A stretch of DNA of 64,000 nucleotides from Harriotta raleighana (GCA_050575255.1 JBNZDD010013679.1:2717367-2781366), one strand, 5' to 3'; numbered from the stretch's first letter, positions 1 to 12,744 are shown. The notes: a model not told the origin generated them from the sequence alone. Translations and numbers: made by a program.

Positions 1-282
1 TTACTATTGTGTCACTGCTACATTTGTCTATTTGAAATATTGCGACAGTGCTGAAATACGTTTCTGAATTTCATGCTATTTGTATCCAATTCAAATTGTT
101 TCTTGGAAAAGGAAACTCATTCACTTACAAAAGAGCTCATTAGGAAATAACCTTTGGGGGGATTCTTCCAAATGGACTTTGTGTTCTGTTGTCCTCATAA
201 CAATCTGGGATTAGAATTAAAACAAGACGTCTAGAAGACATGAAAAGAGCTTCATCAAATGGAAAGATTATTATTATTGTTA

Positions 283-746
283 CAGTAAAAGCCCGTTTAT
301 CCAGCACCCGCGGGATCTGGCCAATGCCGGTCAAACGGCATTTTAACCAACGCCAAAAAGCCAACACAAAAAAAAACTTATTTTAACACGTACCATATTA
401 ATAATAGAATTAATAATAACAGATAATAACAGACCTTTGTTATTCACCTAAAAATCACCTTTGCTGGTAGGTGCCTGGTTTGAAGCCATGATGCTGGGGT
501 ACAGGTGTACAGTCTATCGATAACTTCTGCAACGGCAGACGCCACACGAGGGAAAAAAACAGCAGCACAACTTTAAGGCTCTACTAGTGGCAAGCCGAAA
601 TACCTGTACAGTACTCTCGCATGACAATCGATTCATTAAATGTGCCACTGCTGTTGTGCCGGATAACATCCGGTTAATCGGATGGGGACTTTTTTTTTGA
701 CGTACCGGTTATATGGAAGTTCTGGTTGATGAACGGGCTTTTACTG
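283..746. mobile_element. Tc1/mariner (Tigger/pogo-like) non-autonomous DNA transposon, MITE family T1
   Basis: TIRs CAGTAAAAGCCCGTTTATC (283) and GATGAACGGGCTTTTACTG (ends 746), with TA on both sides. One end is shared with the copies at 12161, 41571 and 45723. Confidence 0.85.
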
Positions 747-984
747 TACTTGTATTTGAGAGATAGGGCACTTCTTCAACAGTAGGGCAAGGAATATTCC
801 TCATGCTGCCAAGAGCCATAATATTATTGTACCCTATAGCACACTTCAACAAGTTACTCCACCTAATGGCAAGAGGACACTTTCACCTTAATCTCCATGG
901 TGGAGAAGAAATAACTAAACTACACATAAAGTCATTACACTGTTGTCAAATAGTGCTCTTACACAAGCAAAACCATGCCATGAT

Positions 985-1400
985 TAACAGGTGGATCCCC
1001 AGTGTTAGAGCAATGACATATGAACCACAATTAGATAAGCTAGGGTTCTTCAGTCTTGGGAAAAGATGACTCAGAGGGACTTTATGGAGGTGGATAAACG
1101 AATAAAATTTTAAATGGAATTGAAAAAGTAAAAATCAAAACAATATTTTCAGATGCGCCGAGTCAGTAAAACAAGAGATCATAAGTTGATAGTTGCAAAG
1201 GGCAATTCCAGGATAGATGCTAGGAAGCTATTCTTTACTTAGAGGGTAATTAACAACCAGGATAGTTTGCTAGTTTAAGTGCTGTATGACACTATCTTGT
1301 ATGAGAGGCGCTATTTAAATGCAAGGTGTTATTGATAAGCAGGATGGTTGAGTCGAGGACTGGAATAATTTAACTAAAAGCTTGATGCAGTGTTGGAGCA
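985..1400 (+). mobile_element. CR1 LINE 3' fragment, with a short L2 tail inserted at about 1275-1335
   Basis: Decayed RT C-terminus (..YEPQLDKLGFFSLGKR..), followed by the typical CR1 'agggcaattccaggatagatgctaggaagctattctttacttagagggt' segment. Confidence 0.7.
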
Positions 1401-3121
1401 CTGCAATTGTACTTCATTCACATTGTACTTAAAAATAAGAGCAGTGACAATTACTGCTCTATTTATTAACAAAACTTTGTACAGTTTTGTGTTTATAATT
1501 ACGTTTGAAGTGCTTTTGAGATTGCCTCCTGAAGTGAAAGATACTATGTAAATTGTTGTTGGTGTTAAATTTCCCCTAATGCAATGCCAAGATCTCTTTA
1601 TCTATAATAAACAGAGATTCCCGACCAAAATGTGAATCTTTGAAATTTTCCAATACCATTCACTGAGTTGAATTTGAGATTGGCAAAGCAAAAAGCTTCC
1701 GTTTAATGGATTCACTGAGCACAAGACATATGGCCTTGCAATATAAAATAACCAATTGTAAAATCACATTCTAAGTTTAATAAATTAATAAAAAACATAT
1801 GCTTTCCTCTTGAAAGGTAATGCTGCCTTCTCAAAAAGATTCGAGTTTTCTCTTTTTCTTATTCCCTCTTTTAGGTTGTAAAAAAAGTAATTGTGATTTG
1901 ATTCATAGTTGAAATATTTCAAACCTGATTTACAATTTTTTATTGTATTAGTATAATGTAATTTGGTCCATTTTCATCCTTTTTAAAAAATGGATTGCTG
2001 AAGTCTTTCCTCATTACAAGTAACATGATAAAAAGCTTCTTTAGAGCAGAGACACAGACAATCAATTACTGATATTCCCTTCACTTCCAAAGGCTCCTCT
2101 TTTATTAAATTTCAGTCAGAAAGGAATGAATTGTCTTTCCGCAACTTCAAATATATCTTGCAGAGAATGAGAGATTGGGACAAAACAAAGTGGAGTTTTC
2201 AATTTGTTCCTAAGACAGATCTTTCCATCAATGCATGGCTTGTCAGAGAAGAGTGTGAAACTGAAAACTGATGCAATGATATGTAAAGCTTGGGAATTAT
2301 AGCTATCCGTTGCTAGAGCGCATCTTATTGTAATGACATGTTATACTGTTTCAATGCCTAATAGGACTCAACATTAAACTCTAATTATATGGTTTACGCA
2401 GCAATTTTTCTGGAATGTAACAATTTTGTTGCAGAATTTGCAACCAAAGGTGATAATTTCAACTAAATGTGCAGTGGCTTAAACTGCAGGCTTGGTAGGT
2501 TTTTAATGTTTGATTAAATAGGTTAATATTTCATTCATTCAACCTTAAGTTAAAAATCTGAAATGACATATGTTGGAGACATTTTTCCATTCCTACATAA
2601 TGTTATAATGTAAAATAATGAACATTTCAATAAGACCGGATTTTATTTGTCAGTAGACCACATAATAGGCTGTCCATTCAATGTTTCTGAATACAGTAGT
2701 TAGGTTCTGTGTAGGTTCAGAAGGGAACTTGTGAAACAGCAGTTAACAGAATCATTTGAATTAATGTTAGTGAACTTCTGCTCTCATTCAATTAGATTCA
2801 GAACAGAATTTACCCTTAATGTTTTGAATAAGGTATCTAATCTGAAGGTCCAAAAAGCGCATTGTTTAATCGTAAAGATCTAATAATCATACCCATGTTG
2901 TTAAATCTTTTGAAACTTGCTCCATGTCTCCAAGTTAATGGTGATGAGCGCTCAACTACAAACTCCAGATTTATACTGAAATGTAAAGAAAAGTTTTTTT
3001 AAATTGTTGTTGTTTAATCAAATTAGGCCTATTGAGGATCAGTTAAAAAGACACAAAGTGATTCAATGCTCAAAATGTTCCTTATAATAATAACCCTTGT
3101 ATTTTATATGGTGCCTATCGT

Positions 3122-3815
3122 TCATAGAATTATAGAAGGTTACAGTACAGAAGGAGGCCATTCAGCCCATCATGCCTATTTCAGATCTTTGGAAAAGCTA
3201 CCCAATCAGTCCCATTCCCCAACTCTTTCCCCATATCTTTGCAAATTTTTCCTTTTTGAAGTACCTATCTAATTCCCTTTAGCAAGTTATTATTAAATCT
3301 GTTTCCACCACAATTTCAGGCAGTGTATACCAGACCATAATAACTCTCTGAGTAAAAAAAATTATCTTCAGCTCCCCTCTGATTCTTTTGCCAATTACTG
3401 TATCTTAAATCTATGTCCCTGGTTACTGATCCACCTGCCAGTGGAAACAGTTTCCCCCTATCTACTCTATTAGAATTTAAACACCTCTATTAAATCTCCC
3501 CTTAACCACCTCTGCTCTCAGGAGAACAATCCCATCTTCTCTAATCTCTCCACATAACTAAAGCCCCTCATCCTTGGTAATTTGGGTAAATTTCCTTTGC
3601 ATCTTCGCTAAAGCCTTGATATCCTTCCTAAAGTGTGGTGCCCAGAATTGGACAGAATACTCCAGCTGAGGCCTAATCAGTGACATAAAGTTTCAACAGA
3701 ACTGCCTTGCTCATGTATTCTATGGCTCTCTTTTTATAAAGCCATGGATCCTATATGATTCTTTTACAACTCTATCCACCTGTCCTGCCACCTTCAAAGA
3801 CCTGTCTATGTTGAG
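3122..3815 (-). mobile_element. CR1 LINE 3' fragment
   Basis: CR1 tail 'catagaattatagaaggttacagtacagaaggaggccattcagccc'. The body is the reverse complement of the CR1 RT C-terminal region seen at 32680-33562. Confidence 0.8.
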
Positions 3816-3856
3816 CCTAGATCCAATAATTGCATAAATGTTATTATTGTGCATCT

Positions 3857-5177
3857 ACAACAACAACAACTTTGATTTATATAGCGCCCTCCATGCCGGA
3901 CGCCATCTCAGAGCGCTTCACAATAGCAGATCCTGGGACTGAGCTAGGGGCAGGGGTAGAAAGGTGACCAAAGGCACGGTCAAAGAGAAAGGTCTTCAGC
4001 TGGGACCTGAAACTGAGAAAAGAGGGTCTATGCAAAGGGAATGAGGAAGGGAGTTCCAAATCCTTGGGCGTAGTGGCTGAAGGCAAGGCTGCCGAGGGTG
4101 GAGAGGAGGATTCGGGGAACATGGAGGAGGCCAGACCCGTTGGAGCGAAGGCACCTGGTTTGAGGAGAGAGGAGGTCAGAGAGGTAGGGAAGGGCAGAGG
4201 AGTGGAGAAATTTGAAGACAAGGATGAGGATCTTGAAATCGATCCTCTCGGGGACAGGGAGCCAGTGGAGGCTGGCAAGGTCTGGGGTAATGGGGAAGTG
4301 AAGTTTAGTGCAGGTAAGAATGTGGGGGGCAGAGTTCTGAATCAGCTGGACTCTGTGGATTGTGGAGGAGGGGAGATTGGTGAGGAGGACATTGGAATAG
4401 TCCAGCCGAGAGGTGACAAAGGCATTGACCAGGGTTTCAGCAGCTTTTGGGGTGGGGTATTGCCGGAGACGGGCGATCCATCAGAGGTGGAAGAAGACGG
4501 TGCTGGTGAGGGACCAGATGTGGAGGAGGAAGGACAGTTGGAGGTCGAACCTGATGCCTAGGTTGCACACAGTTTCGGAGAGTTTTAGGGGCAGACCGGG
4601 AAGGTGGAGGAGGTGAGAACCATGCGAATGGAGACGTTGACGAGAGTCAAAGAGTATGGCCTCCTTCTTGTAAACATTCAACTGCAAGAATTTTATGCTC
4701 ATCCAGCTCCTGATGTCTAACAGGCAGGCTGACAGAAGATGAGGGGATTGGGGGTCGCAAAGTGAAGTGGAGAAATAGGGCTGGGTGTCATCCACATACA
4801 TATGGAAGCGTGCCCGATGTCTGCGGTTGACATCCTCAAGAGGGAGCGTATAGATGAGGAAGAGGAGGGGGCCAAGAAGGGATTGCTGGGGTACCCCACA
4901 GATAATAGGGTGAGAGCGAGTGGAAAAACCGTTTGTGGCAATGTACTACTTGCGGTTTGTGAGGTAGGACTCTAACCAGGTGAGTGCGGTCCCACTGAGG
5001 TGGATGACGGAGAACAGTTGGTGGAGGAGGATGGCGTGGTTGACTGTGTCGAACGCAGCAACAGGTCCAGTAGAACAAGAAGGCAGAGGGAGCCCTGGTC
5101 ACAGATAGAGAGGACGTTGTCACAAGGCGCAGTCTCTGTACTGTGGGCAGAGCGGAAACCAGACTGGAGGGGTTCGA
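3857..5177 (-). mobile_element. L2 LINE, 5'-truncated RT pseudogene, tail type B
   Basis: Minus-strand frameshifted RT motifs FEPLQSGFRSAHSTET, GVPQQSLLGPLLFLIY and YVDDTQ..WMSIKFLQLN; (GTT)n tail at 3857. Confidence 0.9.
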
Positions 5178-5562
5178 AGATGCCTTTATCACTTCTCGAC
5201 TTGAGTACTCTAACGTCCTCCTCACCGGTCTCCCCATCTCCACCATTCACATTCATACAAAACACTGCGGCCCACATTCTCACCTGCACCAAACTTTGTA
5301 CCTCAATTACCCAAAAAATCTGCAAACAACTGCACTGGCTCCCTATCATAGAGTGGATCGACTCTATCTGTCTAACCACCTCTTTCCTCAGAGCAATACC
5401 CACTTCTCCTTTCAGTCACTCCTCCCCGAAACATTGGAACTCCACTGAACACCTTTCTCTTCGACCACACTTACGGTCACCTTCCCCATGACTGAACCAT
5501 GGGCTCTGCCATTGTGAAGCACTCTTATTGCAGCCCGGTGTGGAGGACACTATATAAATGCA
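5178..5562 (+). mobile_element. L2 LINE 3' fragment (tail B), head-to-head with the previous copy
   Basis: AFITSRLEYSNVLLTGLP / IQNTAAHILT / LHWLP motifs; tail ends in 'ggaggacactatataaatgcaa'. Confidence 0.75.
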
Positions 5563-5624
5563 ACAACAACAACAACCACAAAATTACGTTTGTAGAGTGA
5601 CTTTCATGTCGGGAGGACGTCCCA
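5563..5624 (-). mobile_element. Ultra-short L2 tail (type A) inserted into the (GTT)n tail of another L2
   Basis: 'caacaac..aattacgtttgtagagtgactttcatgtcgggaggacgtcccaa' interrupts 'tataaatgcaa|gttgttgttg'. Confidence 0.7.
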
Positions 5625-5644
5625 AGTTGTTGTTGTATGAATCC

Positions 5645-6148
5645 ACAGGTCTCTCACGCACCAAGCCCCACGACCACATCACTCTCACCCTTGCTCGGCT
5701 CCGTTGGCTCCCAATCCCACAGAGAATCGAATTCAAGATCCTCATCCTCACTTTCAAGGCCATTCATGGCCTTGCCCCCCATCACCTCTCTGACCTACTG
5801 TCCCCCTACGAACCTCCTCACTCCCTCCGTTCATTGGACTCCAGCCAGCTCTATGGCCCCAGCCCAACCGCCCTACCATAAATGGCCGGGTTTTCAGCCT
5901 CTCTGTCTCCACACACTGGAACTTCATCCCACAGTCCCTTCGCCTCATTCCCTCCCTCGCCTTCTTCAAGGCCAGTCTCAAGACCCTCCTCTTCAACCAT
6001 GCCTTCTGCTGCCTTCCCAACTTTCTCCTGCCACTGCCCCCTAACCTGCCCCTCTCCCTTGCTTGGGTCCCCACCTGACTGTTCAGTGCCTTGGGATCTC
6101 CTCCCGATGTGGAAGGCGCTCTCAAAATGTAAATTTTTTGTTGTTGTC
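5645..6148 (+). mobile_element. L2 LINE 3' fragment, tail type A
   Basis: ORF 5558..5881 contains HITLTLARLRWLPIPQRIEFKILILTFKAIHGLAP; tail 'gtgccttgggatctcctcccgatgtggaaggcgct..gttgttg'. Confidence 0.85.
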
Positions 6149-6239
6149 TCTATTCCTAAACCCCTTTAAAACTGTGACATCCCTTATTTATTTCAAATGT
6201 GCCACACAGAAAGCATGCCTGATCCAAGCCTTTCATTAG

Positions 6240-6640
6240 GGCTTGATTCAGTGGTGGTACTCTTACCTCTGAGTCAGAAGATTCTGAGTTCTTAGACTCA
6301 CAAGGGAATTGGACTCACATAGTCTAAGATGACACACCAATACAGTGCAGGGGGTGCTATTAAACTAAATTTCTGTTTTAGGTGGATATTAACAATCCCA
6401 TGCACAGTTCAAAAATAGAAGGGAGCTTTTCTCAGTGTATTGGCCAACAATTTCCCAAATAAAATTGATCACTCACTCCATGGCTGGTTTTGGGGCATTG
6501 CTGTGTGTGACCAACCACAGCTTTTCACCCACAAAATACACAGTCAATCCACGTTACAGTATATCCTGTGAAATACTTTGAGACATCTTGACGATGTGAT
6601 TAGGTGCGATATCAAGTGCAAGGATTATCATTATTATTAG
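6240..6640 (+). mobile_element. Old tRNA-derived Deu-domain SINE (SacSINE1-like; family S-old)
   Basis: Head 'tcagtggtggtactcttacctctgagtcagaag', Deu-like core 'aggtggatattaacaatcccatg', and L2-like tail ending in (ATT)n. Confidence 0.75.
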
Positions 6641-7514
6641 AAATAAATAAATCACAAAGCGTCAGCAAATACATTGACATATTGAAGAAACTTCACTTTA
6701 ACACAACATTTTTGTGCATGAACGATTGACGTGTCGCAACACTAGAAGGGTTCGTTTTTAGTACTTGTTCTATTGGGTCATAAGTTATTGAGCCCAATAT
6801 GCTGCCTGCTGGTTCTTCAGCTGGTGTTAAAAATCCGACTGGCACCAATGAAAAAAGAACAAAGTTAGTCCTGGCCAGCAATCTACGAGATTAATTGGTT
6901 ACTCACCTCATAGCTGCTATTTGTGCCTCCAAAAACAATCAATTGTCCGTGAAATGCTTTGAGATGTCTTGACATGACAATGTATTATACAAATGCAAGT
7001 TCACAATGAACAACACTTTCTAGGAAGAAAAATCTAAATAGCTACAACCATGTTTTTTTCATAAAGTAATATTTTAGATGTTCACACGGATGGATTACAG
7101 TTAAATATACAGACCCCTAATTGAATGTTGTGTTATCTCAAATGTTCAGGCATAATTATTTCATGGTCTGAGACCCCATAGAAAATGGTCCATTTGGAAT
7201 ATTTGCATTTCAACTTATTTAATTATTGATTTGGAAAAGTATCTAAAATGATAACACAAAATGCTATGCTTCCTCTTATGCTTCAGTTCACATTGGCAAA
7301 CCCAAACTAAACTATTCAGACCCACAGATTTATGGTTCAATCCCTGAACTATGCTGACTTGTTTTGATCATAATAGTAGAAGGTGGCCATAAAGCTCTTG
7401 GGATAGAAACCGTTAAAATCAGCCAGAGTTTTGCCAGGGTTTGACTGGTCTACAGCATGTCCCTCTGACTCCAACATAATGGCTTGGCCTAAAAACTCCA
7501 ATACCATGCATTGT

Positions 7515-7833
7515 AGAGCTCCTGTAGCTCAGTGGTTAGAGCACTCACCTTACAAGCGAGAGACTTGTGTTCGAATCCAGGCAGATCAGGACAAAACATT
7601 GGGCAAGTTTCCTTACTCCACACGCCTAATAATAATCCGGCCTCCAAAAAACACTAAGAAAAATTGGTCATTTCAATCCACAACTGTTTGTGGACACTGC
7701 TGTGCGCAATTGGCTGCCGCATTTCAACCACAAATATACAGTTCACTTTACAGTACATTCTGTGAAGCACTTTGAGATATCGAAAAGATGTGAAAAGCGC
7801 TATATCAAATGCAAGGATTATTATTATTATTAT
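7515..7833 (+). mobile_element. Younger tRNA-derived SINE (family S-young), full length
   Basis: A box TAGCTCAGTGG, B box GTTCGAATCC, CORE-like 'ttgggcaagtttccttactcc', tail stem-loop plus (ATT)n, and a possible TSD attgta. Confidence 0.85.
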
Positions 7834-8894
7834 TGTACTTCTGGTTAGTGGAATGGTTTATCTTTCACTCTAGATAAAAATGAATTAATTTTGTGACAAA
7901 GTTAGAGTGAGTGAATAAGGGAAACTGTCAGACTGGTCAATGATTCAGTGTCTTCTGGTTATTGACCATCTTTATTTTCACCTGATATGCTAATTAAGAT
8001 ATCACCGTTCACAATTTCCACTTCATTGACACTTATTGCTTAGCAATTCACTCTTGGTTACCCTTGGTAAACTTACAGTCATTAATTTTTCAGTTTGAAC
8101 TACATTGAGCTTCATCAATATTCCCGGGCAGACACTGGGATGTGATCTATGCTTGCTCAAAAAATAGTATTTCATAGCGCAAACAAGAATTCCGCTATTT
8201 AATGTGTGCCCTTCTTACTCATTGGTAAAAAAAAGCATTGCAATGGATGACAATAGAGCTTGGATCAGATATCCATTCAGTTACAGTTGATTATCTTCCA
8301 GAGAAATCTGCAATACCTTTTATAATCCTAAATACACTATCTAACTGTAGTGTGCTATGGGAAAATGTAGCAGTGTAGTGATGAGAAGCCAATAACACTG
8401 TTTGAACTTCTTCTCTTGGGCTTTTCACTGACAGTGACAGATGGTTCTTCTTTTATTGAAAATAATTTCAAATCATTAAAGTATGAAGAACTAGGAGACA
8501 TTATGTGTACATGTATTTACACAAAAGAAGGTTTGAATCATTTATTGACTTAAATGATATGCCTATCAAAGATCTTTAAAGAGATTTCAATACCAAGCAA
8601 TAAAAACAAAACTGAAGGATTTGTTCTGGTGCAGGGAAGTAAAGTCATTTGCAATGATCTAATACTGTTCATATATAAGTTGTACAGTGACTGATAAATG
8701 GCAATATCCACTAAAGATTAAACATTGCTGTTGTTCAGTTTTGGTGCTAAGCATTCTGAATCATATTTTAACCCTTTAATAAAGCATAGATTTTTTTAAA
8801 GTATGTGTGCTGAAAGACATGTTTCATTGGTACGAAATTTTTGTTACAAAAAAGTACACCTGCATGGTTATGAGGCTCGGTATTGGCTTGTATC

Positions 8895-9200
8895 CCTCTG
8901 GCTCAGTTGGTCGGCCCCTCACCTCGGCATTATTGGTTGATTGGTTCTGAGCCCATGGTCTAGACTGAATCCTCCATTGTGGGAAGTTCCATCCTTCTGA
9001 TCAGATGTTAAACCTAGATCCCACCTGCTGCTAGAGGACGTTAAAGATCTCCAGTGGGTAAAACCATCTTCCATTCTCTATCACCAGCATCCCAAATGTT
9101 AGTCTTGGTCAAATCTTAGTCTCAGTCATTACACTGAGTAATATGCTGTGACATGCTCGTCTTGATAGCATGATAAGGCGCTATATCAGAGGCAAGAATA
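8895..9200 (+). mobile_element. S-old SINE, degraded
   Basis: 'ctggctcagttggt', 'gatgttaaacc..ggacgttaaagatc', tail 'gataaggcgctatatc'. Confidence 0.6.
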
Positions 9201-9249
9201 CTATATATTGAGTTCAGAGAGTGACTATGAACAGATCATCTTGAAGATC

Positions 9250-9560
9250 TAGGGGTGACCAATGGCACGGTCAAGGAAGAATGTCTTGAGGTGCAATTTG
9301 AAGAAGGCTAGGGAGGGGGCGAGGCGGAGAGACAACGGGATGGAATTCCAAAGAATCGGAGCAGAGTGGATGAAGGGTTGCCTGCCAATGGTGGGCTGGG
9401 TGGGTCAGGTGTCAGGCCAGAGCCCATTGAGAGAAGGGAGCAGACAAGTTGGTTAGGTGGTCACAGAGGTAGGGTGGGGCAAGACCATGGAGTGCTTTAA
9501 AGGTGAGGACCAGGATCTTCAATTGAATCCTCTGAATGCTGGGGAACCGATGGAGTCTGG
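9250..9560 (-). mobile_element. L2 LINE 3' fragment
   Basis: Reverse complement of the L2 region at 5690-6010. Confidence 0.75.
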
Positions 9561-10423
9561 TATATGAATATCTCACGCGTTAACTCCTTTAAAATGAGGG
9601 TCAAAGATATTGTTATAAAAATAATAATCCTTGCCTAAGAGATCATAAGATAAGTGTATGTAAAGATGAACCAGGTCAGAACATATGAGAATTTAGTTAC
9701 TGTACACAGTAATGTCAGCTATGAGCGGCAACAAACCTTACACTGTGGTAGCCACAGGCTCATATGTTCTAACCATGGGAAAGTCAAATATGAGCTGCAA
9801 CAAGCTGAGATTGAATAATTTTAGACTGATATCCCGCAGATTTCCACTTGACCACTTTTGAAAGCAAAGGAAATTGAACAGTTTCTCTTCCTGAAAGTTT
9901 CACTAACATTTTTTGAATCCTTGAAAAGATTGAAGAAGTTGAGCCGAGTTCTAGACCATGAAATTGGCCATTAGAAGGATTAATGTCAAAGGGCTGAACG
10001 CCCATTTAGATTGGCTCCTTTTTATACTATCGGTAAAAAGATTGTATTTTTTGTTTGAAGTTCAAATTCTTCCCTAAAAGTTGTAAAATCCAATGTTTTT
10101 GAAGATAATTCAAATCATATATGTTCCAACAATGATTTATATAATTATTATTTTTCTTTATTTTTACAAATACTTTTTTGAAAAAAAAGCTTCTTGCAAT
10201 TCTAAACCTTTTACTAAAATTCGCCCACACAATTCCTCATTATTACATATTAACACTTAAATTACATGTTACTTAAATTCTACTACACAGTTTTGCCTAC
10301 AAAATATACAGCCAATTCACTTTATAGTATATTAAGCGCTTTGAAATGTCTTGAAGTTTGAAAAAGTGTTCAAAATGATCAAATGTTTAGCTTTGTGATT
10401 TCCCCAGATCCTATTAATTGCGT

Positions 10424-10800
10424 CAGACTGGCTCAGTTGGTAGCACCCTTGCCTCTGAGTCAGTGCTTTGGGACGTCCTCCCGACGTGAAAGGCACTGTA
10501 CAAGTGTAATTTTTTTGTTGTTGTTGAGTCAGAAGGTATGTGGAATCAACCCCCAGGTTGAGAGTTTGAACTCATGTAGGTTAAACTGATTAAGGTGATG
10601 GCCCCAATGCTGAGCTGGGGGTGTATAGCATTGTTAGAGGTGCTATACTTCGAATGAGAACTAAGGTCCCGTCTGCTTGTTCACATGGACGTTAAAGATC
10701 CCATGGTACAATTCGAAAAGAAATGGGAGTTTCTCCCAGTGTCCTGGCCAACACTCCCCCAGATAAGATTGGTCACTCACCCCATGAATGTTTGTAAGAT
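10424..10800 (+). mobile_element. S-old SINE interrupted by a short L2 tail
   Basis: 'ctggctcagttggtagcacccttgcctctgagtcag' head; Deu core 'ggacgttaaagatcccatgg..gtgtcctggccaaca'. Confidence 0.75.
10464..10524 (+). mobile_element. Ultra-short L2 type-A tail insertion
   Basis: Flanked by the direct repeat TGAGTCAG (10456-10463 and 10525-10532), i.e. a TSD. Confidence 0.8.
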
Positions 10801-10839
10801 GATCTCACAGATGATCTCATAATCTAGCAACTCCAGCAA

Positions 10840-11210
10840 TATTCCAATGCAGTGCTGGGATTATAGTGCATTGTTGAAGATGGTAATTTTTCTGATGAGA
10901 TGTTGAACAAAAGTCTCACCTGCATGTTCAGGTGAAGATTAAATACTTTATGGCATTATTCGAAGAGAGAACAGAGTTTCTCCCATGTTCCAACCAAGAA
11001 CGCCCCCCCAACCCTCCCACCACCCTAGGTGAAATTAGTCATTCTAATCATTGCTGTTTGTTGGACCTCTGCTGAGTGCAAATTGCTGACTACATTCAAA
11101 CACAAAATTACAAAATATAGTCACAACACATTACAGAAAATTCTGAGTAGAATTTTAAGATGTCCTCCTGATGTGAAAGGCGCTATATTAAGTGTAAGGA
11201 TTATTATTTA
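10840..11210 (+). mobile_element. S-old SINE lacking its head
   Basis: 'gatgagatgttgaac..ttcaggtgaagattaaa..ttgctgtttgttggacctctgctgagtgcaaattg' plus tail. Confidence 0.7.
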
Positions 11211-12087
11211 TTTTAAGAAGCTAATAGTCCTAATAACAAATTCAGATTCCTTTATATTGGAATTTTTAAAAAATCTTTGTAATTCCTTATGTTTGATATT
11301 TGATATTTTTACAGGTTACCTTAGGCAGACAATTTCTTTTAATCAGTGCAGAGAAAAATGATGGCCATGAAAATATTACTTCAAATCTCCTGGGGCAAAC
11401 ATTCTCAGAACCAGGAAGCCTTCTTCTCTGTGTACTATTTCTAAACATCTATTAATTGCACTTTACAGAAACAGGACAATATTGAATAATTCATATCACT
11501 ATTTCAATTCTCTTAAGTGGACCTTTTATGCATCCATATTATCCCAGATTAAAACGTTTCCCTCTATGAATTGAAAAAATACCCACTCTGCTGTGAGTGT
11601 ATGATTAGCACTCTTTGCTGCCACTTGAAGTGTCTATTTCCCCACCATCTCTCAACTCTGCCGCTTGTTGCTTTGTGACGACAATAGCAGAAAATAATGG
11701 GAAAAAAACTTAAGCGTCCTTTACTGGAGACATGCAAGTAAGAGGAACTGAAACTGGAAGATGGCATTGCATTAGGTGAGACTGATGATCCTTATTATTT
11801 GCGTCAGATTTGAACTGACAACCAACCTGATGTCCCTGAAAAGATTGAATTGGAAATAGTAAATGGTTGGATGAAATGCTGTGGTGATTTCTCTTATTGA
11901 TGGTTCTTATAACTGACTCCATCTCTGTGAAGATCAAAAGCATCCATTCAATCCTTGCTCATGAAACACACGTGCTCCTGTTTTGAACAGAATTCTATCC
12001 TATTTTGCTTTGCAGAAAGGTAGACTGTTGCCATTTATTCCACATTCTGGTGCCGATCTTATTACAGGTACTTATCTTGAATCTGAA

Positions 12088-12640
12088 CAATAATAAATCT
12101 TGCATTTGATGTAGAGCTTTTCATGTCTTCTAAACGTCTCAAAGCGCTTCACAGAATATAGTCTGACCAGTGCCGATTAATCAAATATGCCGGATATTCG
12201 AGCGGCAAATTGACGAAAATCCTACACAAAAAATTTACTTATTTTAAAACATACCATATTAATAATAGACTAAATAATAACAGAATATTGTATGGATACT
12301 TATCAATAAAGCATTCCAGCACATGGTAAAATGATTGGTAAAAAAGCATTCCAGGGTTCGGTAAGTTTAATAAGTGCGCATGTGCCCAGATGGTTACGGT
12401 ATGAGATTCGGTTGCTGGAATGGTATTGGGAGATACCGGTTGGTTGAGCGTTCCGGTTGGTTGGGTATATTGTAAAGCGAAACGCGGCAGCCAATTGCAT
12501 ACAGCAGTGTCCCACAAACAGTCGTGGATTGAGTGATCATTTTATTATTGAGTTTTTTAGAGGGATTATTATTAGGCATGTGGCGTAAGGAAACTTGCCC
12601 GAAATTTCATCCTGCTGACAATCTTGATCTGAATCTTGTG
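12088..12640 (-). mobile_element. S-young SINE split by a MITE
   Basis: Tail at 12088-12160 and body at 12467-12640 both match the reverse complement of 7515-7833. Confidence 0.8.
12161..12466. mobile_element. T1 MITE copy lacking both TIRs
   Basis: Colinear with the reverse complement of the interior of 45723-46124. Confidence 0.8.
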
Positions 12641-12744
12641 TTTCACTCAATATGTTGATATATTTTGCTCTTTATTGGAAATGGTATTTTAACTAAATTA
12701 AGAGTCCTCAGTCCACCCACAACAACTTCAACAACTATATGATC

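Noticed and set aside
3877-6169. Cluster of 100-165-aa ORFs as host genes
   Set aside because: They are off-frame, antisense or frameshifted readings of L2 remnants.
6895-6910. Minus-strand donor GAG|GTGAGT
   Set aside because: It lies inside a degraded SINE 3' half.
7515-7590. tRNA gene (TAC-anticodon-like; also 39367 with CAT, 41100 and 55870)
   Set aside because: There is no proper acceptor stem and each continues into a SINE body and tail. These are SINE heads.
9784-10230. Two adjacent minus-strand ORFs as a viral or gene fragment
   Set aside because: No motif recognised, AT-rich low-complexity composition, and no splice support. Only the upstream fold is reported.
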